Source of the DNA: Paraspadella gotoi
Taxonomy: Eukaryota > Animalia > Chaetognatha
Direction: 5' to 3'
Length of the DNA stretch: 64,000 nt
Assembly (NCBI GenBank): GCA_051294375.1
Contig: CM119270.1
Location: 1,397,495 to 1,461,494, forward strand
A model generated the notes under the pieces. That model was not told the DNA's origin, made no database searches, and saw only the letters and a list, made by a program, of their open reading frames with translations. A program made the translations under genes and the position numbers. Positions 13,031 through 24,490 of this stretch are shown in pieces; position 1 is the first letter of the stretch, and each line of letters opens with the position of its first letter.

Positions 13031-13836
13031 GACCACAAGGACCATATCGACCACACTTATGACCGCAAGGACCTTATCAACCACACAAATTACCACAAGG
13101 ACCATACCTTTCACACCTATGACCACAAGGATCTTATCAATCACATTTATGACCACAAGGATCTTATTGATCACACATATGACCGCAAGGACCAAATCGA
13201 CCATGCTTATGACCACAATGATCTTATCGACCACAATTATGGCCATAAGGACCATATCAATCACACTTATGACCACAAGCAACTTATCAATCACAATTAT
13301 GACCACAAGAATCTTATTGACCACACTTATTACCGCAAGGACCAAATCGATCACGTTTATGACCACAATGACCAAATAGACCACGCTTATGACCACAAGG
13401 ATCTTATCAACTACACTTATGAACCTTATCAACCACATATATGACAACAAGAACATTATTGACCACACTTATGACCACAAGGATCTTATCAACTACACTT
13501 ATGAACAGAAGGATCTTATTGATCAAACGTATGACCACAAGGACCATATTGACCACGTCTATGACCACAAGGATCCTATTGATCACACTTATGACCACAA
13601 GGATTTCGTCAATCACAATTATGATCACAAGGACCATATCATTCACACTTATGACCACAAGGATCTTATTGATCACAATTATGACCACAAGGACCTTATT
13701 GACCACGCTTATGATCCCAAGGATCTTATCGATCACACTTATGACCACAAGGACCATATTGACCATATTGACCAATGACCACGCCTATGCCCACAAGGAT
13801 CTTATTGATCACACTTATGACCACAAGGATCTTATT
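13031..13836. repeat. 30-bp minisatellite, ~27 copies (translates as DHKDLIDHTY repeats)
   Basis: Unit ~GACCACAAGGATCTTATCGACCACACTTAT at 30-nt spacing, with one register slip at ~13422. Confidence 0.95.
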
Positions 13837-14338
13837 GAAGAAACAAAGAGAAGAGAAAAGAGGAAGGGGGGAAGGAAAGAGGAATAAGAAAAGGGAAGGG
13901 AGAAAGGGAATGGAGAAAAGGAAGGGAAAAAAATAAAGGAGAAAGAGAAGGGACAAAGGGAAGAGAGAAGAGGAAGGGAGAAAAGGAAGGGAGAAAAGAA
14001 AGGGAGAAAGAAAAGGGACAAAGGGAAGAGAGAAGGGGAAGGGAGAAAGGGAAGGGAGAAAGGAAAGGGAGAAAGGGAAGGGAGAAAAGAAAGGGGAGAG
14101 AAGTGAGAAGGAAGGACGGGGACTGTCGCTTGTTTACCAAATATCAACATTAAAAGTCGGTAAGGGAGAGAGAGGGAGAGAGAGAGAGGTTTTGTCAATT
14201 TATTGACATTTTATTGCGGCCGCGACCAGGCTTTGGCGGGAGATTTCTCTCCTCTCCTCTCTTCTCTCCCATCCTCTCTCCATGCTCTGCATCATCATCT
14301 TTCGCTCTCTCTCTCTCTCTCTCTCTGCTCTTCTCTCT

Positions 14339-14372
<34 letters not shown>

Positions 14373-14968
14373 CCTGAGCGGCCTCCCCTGATCTTGGATT
14401 AATTCAATATTAAACGGAAGCATAAGAAAGCAAAAACAAGCCGAATTTTATTTAAACACAAAACCAACAAAAATTCAATGTTTACAGTTTTTTTTTTTTA
14501 TGTCATCGAAGTTAACGACAACGAGCACAAAAAAACGGTCCGTCACATTCCAACAATACTTGTCGAGATATTGGAATACGAATGCATCTTTGAAACTCTC
14601 CTCTGCTCTGCTCTCTCTCTCCTCACATCGTCTCTCCTCGTCTCTACTCTCTTCTCTCTGCTCATCTCTCTCTCTCTCTCTTTCTCTGCCCTCAAGAGAT
14701 TTTTTTCGATTCTTTCATATTTCTGGAATTTTGTTTAAACAGTTTCCATCGTCGGATTTGGCTTAAGAAGCGATAAGGCGGCGATGCCAAAGAAAAGAAG
14801 AAAGAAAGATGGAAAGAAAGGAAGAAAGAAAGAAAGATGGAAGGAAAGAAAGAAAGAAAAAGAGAGAGATGGAATGAAAGAATCTAAAATAACTTTGACC
14901 GGGTGAGTTATTAAAGAAGGTTGGGTTGGGTAAGTGATCAGATGTTTTAAAGATTGAAAGGTGAGGAG

Positions 14969-15215
14969 TGATTGATTGATTAATTGATTGATTGATTGAT
15001 TGATATGATTTGTTTGATTTGACTTGATTTGATTTGATTTGAATTGAATTGAATTGAATTGATTTGAATTAATTTGAATTGATTTGAATTGAATTGACTT
15101 GATTTGAATTGATTTGAATTGATTTGAATTGAATTGAATTGAATTGAATTGAATTGAATTGATTTGAATTGATTTGAATTGAATTGAATTGAATTGATTT
15201 GATTTGATTTGATTT
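14969..15215. repeat. Compound (GATT)n-(GATTT/GAATT)n microsatellite
   Basis: Visible directly. Confidence 0.95.
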
Positions 15216-15930
15216 TGCTTTAAATGTACAGTGAGACAGTGTAAATTATTTATGTCAAAACTTTGAATCCTAATGTTTGCTCATTGAATCTGTTGATTGT
15301 TTGAAACCAGACAAGACAGAAATGACGTCATTTGTTGGCGTCACGCCATTGTCAACGTCACATTTGGGGAAATAAGTTGAAATATTTTAATTTATTTCTA
15401 CATTGAATATATTGGAATTTTTATAGTGAGAAATCGTACAGAATGAAAAAAAAATGTTTTTTTCCGCTCGGTCCCTAATTAATTCAGAGAATGAATTTAA
15501 TCATCTCTCTCTCTTTCTCTCTNNNNNNNNNNNNNNNNNNNNNNNNNNNNNNNNNNNNNNNNNNNNNNNNNNNNNNNNNNNNNNNNNNNNNNNNNNNNNN
15601 NNNNNNNNNNNNNNNNNNNNNNNNNNNNNNNNNNNNNNNNNNNNNNNNNNNNNNNNNNNNNNNNNNNNNNNNNNCTCTCTCTCTCTCTCTCTCCCTACGA
15701 TCGTTCGTTTTAATCCATGGTTGAAAAAAAGTGATATTCATTAATGAAGGATATGACATTCCACTCTCAATGAGGCTGGCATTTCATTGGCTCCGGAACT
15801 GACATTAAAAATTTAAAAGAGATTCCTATATTCTTTCTAATCATTTGACGAAAGATAGAGAAAGAGAGAAAGAGAGAGAGAGAGAACTGATTGTCTTTTG
15901 GCTGCTTCGTCGTCATCATCGTCGTCATCA

Positions 15931-15974
<44 letters not shown>

Positions 15975-16068
15975 GCTGTGAAATCCAACCCCATAAAATC
16001 GAGGGGCATTAAACCCACTTTCGCCCTCAACCAAAATCTAAAATCCTCTTCATTTAACCCACAAATAA

Positions 16069-16146
16069 CCACAATTTTCCCCACAATTCTCCCCACGATT
16101 CTCCCCACGATTCTCCCCACAATTTTCCCCACAATTTTCCCCACAA
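16069..16146. repeat. 12-bp tandem repeat CCACAATTTTCC, ~6.5 copies
   Basis: Visible directly. Confidence 0.9.
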
Positions 16147-17564
16147 GCTTTTTATAAAATTCGGGTCTCATTTTTGGGATAAAAAAAATTCTTTGTTGGA
16201 CCCAAAGATCGAAAGCGTCTCTTTGGAGGAATGAGGAGGAAGGGAAGTTGGTTGGGGTAAGTTAGAGGGTGGGGCAAATGCTGCGGTGGTGATGAGCGGT
16301 GATATCATTAGAGGGATTTGATTGATTGAGTGATTGATTGATTGGCAGAGGAACAAGGTGTGGGAAATAGTTCACCGTTTTGGTGAATAAGTGTGAAAAA
16401 TGGGATTGGTGAGGANNNNNNNNNNNNNNNNNNNNNNNNNNNNNNNNNNNNNNNNNNNNNNNNNNNNNNNNNNNNNNNNNNNNNNNNNNNNNNNNNNNNN
16501 NNNNNNNNNNNNNNNNNNNNNNNNNNNNNNNNNNNNNNNNNNNNNNNNNNNNNNNNNNNNNNNNNNNNNNNNNNNNNNNNNNNNNNNNNNNNNNNNNNNN
16601 NNNNGAGAGAGAGCGAGTTTAAAGCCAAAAAGCGATTCTATGGCGGATAAAAGTGAAGATGGATTTAATCTTCCAAATTTAAAAGAATTAATTCTTTTAA
16701 TAATTAAACTTAAACATTAATCATTTTTTTAGAAAACCTGTGGTAAGACGGATCAGACAGTGGGTCGGTAAATATTGATCTGTAGGTCGTTTCATACAAC
16801 AAAAAAGAAACAAGCAAAAAAAACCCAACAAAACAAACAAAACAGACAAACAAACAACGAAACATGATGGCTGCGTCGCCCACTAGGGTGCTGCCACGGT
16901 GCCAAGTAGGTCGGTGCGGCGCGGATCGTTGCGGTGCCGACCTCAAATTTTAAATGCATTTAATTCTGATTCGTANNNNNNNNNNNNNNNNNNNNNNNNN
17001 NNNNNNNNNNNNNNNNNNNNNNNNNNNNNNNNNNNNNNNNNNNNNNNNNNNNNNNNNNNNNNNNNNNNNNNNNNNNNNNNNNNNNNNNNNNNNNNNNNNN
17101 NNNNNNNNNNNNNNNNNNNNNNNNNNNNNNNNNNNNNNNNNNNNNNNNNNNNNNNNNNNNNNNNNNNNNNNNNNNNNNNNNNNNNNNNNNNNNNNNNNNN
17201 NNNNNNNNNNNNNNNNNNNNNNNNNNNNNNNNNNNNNNNNNNNNNNNNNNNNNNNNNNNNNNNNNNNNNNNNNNNNNNNNNNNNNNNNNNNNNNNNNNNN
17301 NNNNNNNNNNNNNNNNNNNNNNNNNNNNNNNNNNNNNNNNNNNNNNNNNNNNNNNNNNNNNNNNNNNNNNNNNNNNNNNNNNNNNNNNNNNNNNNNNNNN
17401 NNNNNNNNNNNNNNNNNNNNNNNNNNNNNNNNNNNNNNNNNNNNNNNNNNNNNNNNNNNNNNNNNNNNNNNNNNNNNNNNNNNNNNNNNNNNNNNNNNNN
17501 NNNNNNNNNNNNNNNNNNNNNNNNNNNNNNNNNNNNNNNNNNNNNNNNNNNNNNNNNNNNNNNN

Positions 17565-17601
<37 letters not shown>

Positions 17602-17949
17602 CACAATCTCAGTCTATGAAACTAATCTTAACTTCGTCAGATTCAATCTTAAACAACTTGATTTGCTTTTTATCAGTAAGAGATTGTCTCATCGTTTGAC
17701 TATTTATAACTTTATTTCAACGAGAGAGATACAAATATTTCGGGATATTTTAACAAAACCGGACAAATGCTTTCATTAGCCCATAAGGCATATAACGATT
17801 GCATCGCTGCTCGAAATTAAATTTCTTATCTCATAACAACTAGTTTTACTCTTTTTTTTATTCTTATTTTTTCCCTCATTTCTCTCTTTGCATCTATTTC
17901 TTTCCTCCCTCCCCCNNNNNNNNNNNNNNNNNNNNNNNNNGGAAGAGAT

Positions 17950-18035
<86 letters not shown>

Positions 18036-18470
18036 TGGGGCAAGGGTTGAGAGAGAGAGAGACGGGGAGGGAGGAAAGGAGATAGATGCAAAGAGAGAAA
18101 TGAGGGATAGAATATAAAAAAAAAGAGTAAAACTAGTTGTTATGAGATATAGAAATTTAATTTCGAGCAGCGATGCAATCGTTATAATGCCTTATGGGCT
18201 AATGAAAGCATTTGTTCCGGTTTTTGTTAAAATATCCCGAAAATATTTGTATCTCTCTCGTTGAAATAAGTTATAAAATAGTCAAACGATGAGACAATCT
18301 CTCTTACTGATAAAAGCAAATAAGTTGTTTAAAGATTGAATCTGACGAAGTTAAGATTAGTTTCAATGACTGAGATTGTGGGACGAACGAACGAAACGAC
18401 AGACACGACGACGGACGCAGAAGACGACTACGACGACGTCTACGAGACGACGACGAACGACGACGGCTCA
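17565..18470. other. Inverted duplication around a 25-N gap (probable assembly artefact)
   Basis: 17601-17915 is the reverse complement of ~18064-18381 with scattered single-base indels. Confidence 0.85.
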
Positions 18471-18612
18471 GGGTGACGCACGGCTCTCTCTCCCTCTCCC
18501 TTTTTCCTATTCCAATTTCCCTAATCTAATTTCTCTGATAACTTCCCTCCCTCCTCTTCCTCCTCCTCTTCCTCCTTCTCATTTGCCTCCAGTCCCGAGT
18601 TATTTTCAAACT

Positions 18613-18672
<60 letters not shown>

Positions 18673-19449
18673 TTTTTCGATTTCGAAAATGAGATGAGAA
18701 TTTTTGGTTGAATCGACTTTTTTTTCCTCCCTTAATTTTTTTTTATTTTCTACTTAGTCAGCCTGTCTGTCAGCCTTTCCGTTTGCTTGTCAATCTGTTA
18801 GTCAGTCTGTCAGTTATTCTGTCAGTCGTTCTTTAAGTCAGTCTGTCAGTCCTTCGGTTTAACCGATTTTCTAGCATACTACATCAGCAAAGTAAGCCTC
18901 GTACATAAATTAGGTTCTTCAAAATACGAAAAGGAGGCTAATTTGTCAAAATCTCATAAAAATTAGTGTACGTAAATAATTGTCTATTTTAAAATATCAG
19001 TGATTTTAAAAGTAAATATTAAACCGATTTGCATGATAGATTTTATTTCGAGACATCCACAATCATCGAACCGGTAGAGCGAGTCTTTTTCAATTGGTAA
19101 GTTATTCAACTTACCCGAGAAGTAGAAGTCGCTTCCTTACTTTAGATTATGTAACTGGTGTTGTCAATTCAAGTTTATCGTGACCCAAATTACATCAAAC
19201 TGATTTTTAAAAGACGTTTTCCTAATTTATTATTTTCCTATTATTTTAAAGAAAAAAATATCCAAAAAAGAATTTTTTTATAGAAATTATAACGAATCAC
19301 GTGACGTATTTGAATTATTTCGCTTTTTTCTGGAATAAAAAACAACAAAATAGAAAAAAACAAAAAATAGAATAAAACAAAATAAAAAAAACCAAAAACT
19401 AAAAAAACAACTACAACAACAACAACCCTATTGACCTCCCGACCCGCAA

Positions 19450-19701
19450 ATGTCCTCCCTCTACTCCTTTCCCTCTCCCTCCCCCTCTTCCTCTTCCTCC
19501 CCTTCCCCTTCTCCCTCCCCTTCTTCCTCTCTCCTCCTCGGCGTCCTCTTCAGCTCCTTCTTCTCCCTCCTCGTCTCCATCTGTACCCTCGTCTTCCGGG
19601 ACTCATCCTCTCTCTCTACTCCTGTCGCTTTCGTCTTCGTCTTCTGCGGCGAAGCGGCCGGTACTGCGCCGCTGCTGCCCTTCGCCTGTCGCCGCTGGAC
19701 G
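19450..19701 (+). CDS. Exon 1 of EamA/DMT (SLC35G-like) multi-pass transporter
   Basis: ATG at 19450; Ser/Pro-rich N-tail then hydrophobic segments (LLLGVLFSSFFSLLVSICTLVF; VAFVFVFCGEAAG); ends ACG|GTGAGT (phase-0 consensus donor at 19702). Confidence 0.7.
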
Positions 19702-20379
19702 GTGAGTTAATCCCGGGCGCCCCTTAACGGGTAATGATGAGCGTGCGGCGTCACTGAGGGTCACGGTGTGTGTGAGAGAGTGTGGCGCTTGTAACGCTCA
19801 ACGGTAAGTAAATGGGTTACGTGGGTGAGTAACTTTCATTCACTAAACGGTTGAGCGGTGAGATTCATCAGTGATGGATGGTAAGGTCGTCGTCTTCGTC
19901 GTCGTCTTCGTCGTCGTCTTCGTCGTCGTCTTCGTCGTCGTCTTCATCATCGTCTTCGTCGTCGTCTTCGTCTTTTCAGTCACTACAAGAGACATGATTG
20001 ATTGGTTGATTGGTTGTACCAATTTCATAAGGAAGTGAATTGATCTCAAGCGGACGGGAGTTGACATTCTGTATACATATCCTGGTATCTAGACTGTAAT
20101 GGATCAGTCAAGTGACGCAACGATGATCAGCAATCACTGTTAGCCCAACACCTCTTTAATGAAATCAAAAAGAAAAGAATACAAAAAATTATCCATTTAT
20201 TTAATACGTGCATAAGTTACCGTGCCTTTAATTTTGGACAACATTGGACAGGCAATATAACTCATGATTGCTAAAGAAAGAAAGTAAATAATAAATTATA
20301 AATCTAATCAATAAATAATGAGTGAACGAGCGATAAATAATACAATTGATAAACAAACATTTATTTTAAAATTTAACAG

Positions 20380-20482
20380 GTGAAGACGCCATATAGATTC
20401 GGCGTCTTTCTTTTCTTCGGTTTCCTGGTCAACGTCCACTTCATGTCTTGGCGCGCCGCTACGGGTCTCATGCCGCTGGGGA
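20380..20482 (+). CDS. Exon 2 of EamA/SLC35G-like transporter
   Basis: Acceptor tttaacag|; in frame with exon 1: VKTPYRFGVFLFFGFLVNVHFMSWRAATGLMPLG. The MPLG motif is typical of the first EamA repeat of SLC35G proteins. Phase-1 donor GTAAAG at 20483. Confidence 0.7.
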
Positions 20483-20495
20483 GTAAAGGAGAAGT

Positions 20496-20878
20496 CCAAA
20501 TTTGCCTTATTTACCCAGAACGACCCATTTTATCTTAAATTAAGAATTGAGCTAGTTTTTTAAATTAAAGATTAAATTAATTAGGGATTAGGGATTTGGT
20601 TAAGGATTAAGTTAATGAATATGAAAAGGGATTAAGTTAATGATTAGGGTTATAGCTTAGGATTAGGGAGTAGAGTTTGAAGTTTAGTGGCTTAAATTAA
20701 GAATAAAGGATAAATGTTTAGAATTAGATTAATGTTAGGGATTAGACTTAGGAATATGTGTTAATGATTTTATTTATAAAATTAAAAATATATTTAAGTT
20801 AAATACCATAGTTAAAATAAATTTCTGGGATAAAGAAACAGAAATGGGTCACTTTGGGAAAACAGAGCGGAAATATGG
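20496..20878. mobile_element. MITE-like element with degenerate ~40-bp TIRs and an internal TTAGGG-like repeat, in intron 2 of the transporter gene
   Basis: Left end ccaaatttgccttatttacccagaacgacccatttt aligns with the reverse complement of the right end (ccatatttccgctctgttttcccaaagtgacccatttc). Interior is rich in ttaggga/ttaagga/ttagggt. Confidence 0.55.
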
Positions 20879-21000
20879 CCTCATGCGGAAATCGAATAAT
20901 TAAAAATACTATTTTTTCCATAAATAAATATTCATTGTTCCAAGACTATATAACCCACTATTCGAATTTTAATATTGTCACTTTCACTCCGCCCTCCTAG

Positions 21001-21409
21001 GCAGCTACACCAGCGTCAATAATTCAGTCATGCTGCTGTCTCCTTTCATCTCCGCTGCTCTGAGCCGGCGCTGCGTTCGCGTAGTCGACGTCGTGGGCGC
21101 CGTCGCCGCCGTCGTCGGCGTCTTCCTCGTGGCGCGCCCGGCGTTCCTCTTCGGCGTCGCCAACGAAACCCCGGCGCGCGCCTACGGACTCGCCATTTTA
21201 GCCGGCGTCTGTAGCCTGGCTTATCCTTACTTCTTCGGAGCGACGGCCGACGCTCATTGGTCCAATTTCCTGGTGCTGCGCGTCGGCTGCAGCGCCGTCG
21301 TCGCTTTCGTCTGCTTCGCTATCGCCGGCGGAGCTGCTGCTTTCGAAGCGGCGTCGGTTTTGTCTATGGCCGACGCTTTCTTTGTCGGCGTCGTCTCTAC
21401 CGTCTACAG
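21001..21409 (+). CDS. Exon 3 of EamA/SLC35G-like transporter
   Basis: Acceptor cctcctag|, phase compatible with exon 2. Reads SYTSVNNSVMLLSPFISAALS...VVGAVAAVVGVFLVARPAFLFG...GLAILAGVCSLAY; the GV.LVARP.FLFG motif matches SLC35G1-type proteins. Phase-2 donor GTTGGA at 21410. Confidence 0.8.
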
Positions 21410-21427
21410 GTTGGAAAAGGATGAAGG

Positions 21428-21513
21428 AGAATAGAATAGAATAGAATAGAATAGAATAGAATAGAATAGAATAGAATAGAATAGAATAGAATAGAATAGA
21501 ATAGAATAGAATA
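21428..21513. repeat. (GAATA)n pentanucleotide microsatellite
   Basis: About 17 perfect copies just inside intron 3. Confidence 0.97.
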
Positions 21514-21571
21514 GGAATTTGAATGAGTCTTTTTGCTATTAATATAATTAATATAATTAATATAATTCTGG

Positions 21572-21795
21572 AACGTTAAAAAAGGAACGGGATCTATGTG
21601 TAAATACTGAAATTTAAAACTATGTATATAATTAGTCCACTTTGTAAATTTTTGTTTTGTTAATTTATTTACATTTCTTTAAAATGTGTACATACATGTA
21701 TAATATACATTGTATATGTACGGCTCATTAACTGTTACATTGTTACTGTGTTAAATTTTCACATTTTGAGCATAATAAATCAAATCAAATCAAAT

Positions 21796-21893
<98 letters not shown>

Positions 21894-21900
21894 CTCTCTC
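21572..21900 (+). repeat. Dispersed repeat copy A (~230 bp plus (CAAAT)n(CT)n tail)
   Basis: Reverse-complement match to 55420-55735 (shared aacgttaaaaaaggaacgggat, ctgaaatttaaaac, taattagtccactttgt, attaactgttacattgttact, ttttgagcat). Confidence 0.85.
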
Positions 21901-21919
21901 TCCCTTTTTTCTCTCTCAG

Positions 21920-22141
21920 ACTCTCCCAACTGATCGCCAGCGAGAGTTCGAACTTCACGATGCGGATCCCGCGGGATTCTTGGCAACTTCTTCAAAACCC
22001 GGTGTCATACCGACCACGGCGTTGCTTTCGGCGGCGCTCTACGGTGAGACGCTTTCGGCGACGGAGTCGGTGGGCGTGGTCCTCGTCTTCGGCGCCATCT
22101 TTTTCGTGTCTGCGGCCAAGTTATTTTGGCGGGAAAAATGA
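21920..22141 (+). CDS. Terminal exon 4 of EamA/SLC35G-like transporter (needs one net frameshift)
   Basis: Acceptor after a (CT)n tract (ctctcag|). The splice frame starts RLSQLIAS; the C-terminal part reads TTALLSAALYGETLSATESVGVVLVFGAIFFVSAAKLFWREK* in a different frame, a classic EamA C-terminus (..L.GE.L....VG..LV..AI). Stop TGA at 22139-22141. Confidence 0.7.
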   Translation, partial: TLPTDRQREFELHDADPAGFLATSSKPGVIPTTALLSAALYGETLSATESVGVVLVFGAIFFVSAAKLFWREK

Positions 22142-22420
22142 GGGAGGGAGGGAGGAGAGGGAGAAAGGAGGAAGAAAAAACTTAATAAAATGACGACATT
22201 TTTAAGAAATATAGATTTTGTGATTTTTTAACTTGTTTTTCTGACACTTGCGAGTGTTGATGTACATTTAATATTTATTTATATTGACCTTTTTTAATTT
22301 TTTTTGGTAGTAATTTCCATTCGTTATTTTTTTATCAGTGTTATTGCTTTCAATTTAGATATAAAGGATATGTATCTTCTATTTTTTATGTATCTCTAAA
22401 GTTAAAGACGAGGCTCTTCG

Positions 22421-22606
22421 GGCTTGGTGCCCTAAAGAGAGTAGATAAATGGCTGGTGTCATAAGGTACTAGGTATATGGGCCTGGTGCCATAAGAGACT
22501 AGATATATGGGCCCGATGCAACGATTGGCCACATGTGTGTGCCTTGTGCCATAAAGCGTTGGATCCTTAGGCCTGGTGCCATAACAGGCTGGTTCCATAA
22601 AGGCCT
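22421..22606. repeat. Degenerate ~30-bp minisatellite (core GGCCTGGTGCCATAA)
   Basis: Core recurs at ~22421, 22451, 22480, 22510, 22540, 22570 and 22587. Confidence 0.8.
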
Positions 22607-23050
22607 GTATCTTCGAGCCGGGTGTCTCGAAAGGCTTGGCGCCTGTCGAAAAGTCTCGTCTCAGTCAAACAAAAAAAAAAAGGCGGCGACAAAAAAATGG
22701 AAACAAAAGAGGAAAAAAAAAGAAGAAGAGAGAAAATTCGATCTGGAGTGAGAAATGGGGGAAGGGTTTTTGGGGGGGAGAGGGGGAGAGGAGGAGGGGG
22801 AGAGGAGAGAGGGAGAGAGAGAGGGGGAGAGGGAGAGGAGGAGGAGGGGGAGAGGGGGAGAGGGGAGAAAATAAGAAAGGGGAAAAGTGAAAAACAAGAA
22901 AAAGAGGCGGAGTTTTTTTGAGACCAAAAATGGTTAAATTTTGACGGAAGAAGATGATGACGAAGTTGACGATGACGACGATGACGTAGCCAAAACTAGG
23001 ATAGATAGAGAGAGAGAGAGAGAGAGGAAGAGAGAGAAGAGAGAAGAGAG

Positions 23051-23085
<35 letters not shown>

Positions 23086-23186
23086 AAGAGAGACAAAAAG
23101 GTAAGGGTCAAATTTGATTCCATTTCGAGACGCAGAATTTGTTTTTGCTTCGTCCCAAAGATCCAGTGCCAAATCTCAAGACTTCG

Positions 23187-23218
<32 letters not shown>

Positions 23219-23227
23219 CTCTCTTCT

Positions 23228-23267
<40 letters not shown>

Positions 23268-23684
23268 CTCTCTCTCCACAACGATCGTCTCCCTCTCTAT
23301 CGGATAATGAAAGAAAAAAACTATTTTAACTTAACTTAAATTTCAAGAAACAACAGAGAGATTCGTTCGATAATTAAAAGTAAGTTTAAAGGTAAGGCGG
23401 AGTTTGATCAGAGAAAAGGTAGGCGTGCTGACGTGAGGGAAAGGTAAGCGAGTCTGACTAGAGTAAAGGTAAGGCGTGTGAGGGGAAAGTAAAAAGTTGA
23501 ATTGTGAGATGATGAATACGAAGTAAATTTGCAAAGATAATTCAAATGAGAGGAATGAAAACTATCAGCAGTTTTGTCATTATCCTTCTGCCCACAACCA
23601 CAAAAATTAGCACAACGACCACAACAACATCAAAAACAACGAAAACAAACATACAAGAAGAGAGAAGAGACAGAGAGAACAAGT

Positions 23685-23747
<63 letters not shown>

Positions 23748-23872
23748 GGAGAGAGAGAGAGAGAGAGAGGAGAGTAGACCAAAAACTCACGAACCGATCT
23801 CTGGTGCCTTTTATATTACGCACTAATCGATATAGAAGAAAGTCATAATGCCTCAGTGTCCTCTCTTCCTCT

Positions 23873-23925
<53 letters not shown>

Positions 23926-24271
23926 CTCAGCTCAGAGATGAGGGTTGCGAGGATTAAAATTAGGGTGATAGTGAGAAGCGAGATTCGGATCTTAAAACTC
24001 TCCGCGATGGAAAGAATCATTGGAAGAACTGGCGAACCAACAATAAGCAAACAACAATAGAGAAACACCGACAGAAACAACAACAACAAATTAAAAACAT
24101 AAAAACTAGTAAAAACAACACCATACAACAACAACAGCAACAACAATCAAAAAACTAAGAACAATAAAACAAATCATCACATTGTGGAGAGTTTTGTCCT
24201 GTCTGTATGTCTGACGCGTGTCTGTCTTCTCTGTTTCCTTGACCTCGTACTCTCTCTTATTTCTCCTCTCT

Positions 24272-24329
<58 letters not shown>

Positions 24330-24455
24330 GCTCTGTCTTCACAAAAAGGTCAAAAGTAAAAAACACTGCGTCGAGAAATGACAAAATTCATAATCACATA
24401 ACAAAAATCGAAGGAAAGTGAGAGAAAATTTCATTCCTCGGAATGTCGAAAATTT

Positions 24456-24490
<35 letters not shown>

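Noticed and set aside
12716-13836. CRISPR-like array
   Set aside because: The units are head-to-tail with no unique spacers, there are no cas genes, and the context is eukaryotic.
15321-15334. Perfect CRE palindrome AAATGACGTCATTT
   Set aside because: No linked gene start could be identified, and a lone 8-mer is expected about once by chance in 64 kb.
17565-18470. Biological hairpin or MITE
   Set aside because: It is centred on a 25-N gap and the arms differ by random single-base indels, which points to an assembly artefact.
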